From Octopus vulgaris (taxonomy: Eukaryota), in assembly GCA_951406725.2 (NCBI GenBank), contig OX597839.1:13268001-13332000 (forward strand): a DNA stretch of 64,000 bases, given 5' to 3'. Of this stretch, positions 63,768 through 64,000 are shown one piece after another. The translations under genes and the position numbers were made by a program. Position 1 is the stretch's first letter. The number at the start of each line of letters is the position of its first letter. Below the pieces are notes generated by a model, which did no database searches, had not been told where the DNA came from, and was given only the letters and a program-made list of their open reading frames with translations.

Positions 63768-64000
63768 TTCTTTTCTAGTCTAGGCACAAGGCCCGAAATT
63801 TTGGGGGAGGGGTCCAGTCAATTAGATTGACTCCAGTACACAACTGGTACTTAATTTATTGACCCTGAAAGGATGAAAGGCAAAGTTGACCTCGGTGGAA
63901 CTTGAACTCAGAATGTAAAGACAGACAAAAAACCGCTAAGCATTTCACCTGGTGTACCAACGTTTCTTATTTCTTTATTGCCCGCAAGGGGCTAAACATA
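63768..64000 (-). mobile_element. SINE family A dimer running off the window
   Basis: Same layout as 34730-35127. Confidence 0.8.

Overview
AT-rich eukaryotic DNA crowded with microsatellites and transposons; the repeat landscape suggests an octopus/cephalopod (inference). One host gene is clear: a hillarin-like, catalytically dead transglutaminase/KY-type gene on the + strand. Seven GT-AG exons were resolved by eye (19713-31600, 770 aa); its N-terminal/LIM exons were not found. The rest is mobile DNA: a Penelope-like (GIY-YIG) 3' end, a young 5'-truncated RTE LINE with a dimeric tandem array in its 3' UTR, CR1, mariner, pogo and hAT remnants, piggyBac-type and GG-ended 8-bp-TSD MITEs, several tRNA-derived SINE families and a ~2.5 kb (TA)n array. 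The main unexplained structure is about 11 minimal type-I hammerhead-ribozyme motifs in unrelated short elements. These often sit in (TA)n tracts or in inverted-repeat pairs and show recurring core variants (U3:A8, U4C, A6U, extra A after A9). One family fuses a Pol III tRNA-like head to a hammerhead. All calls come from reading the sequence; no searches or folding were run, and repeat boundaries are approximate.
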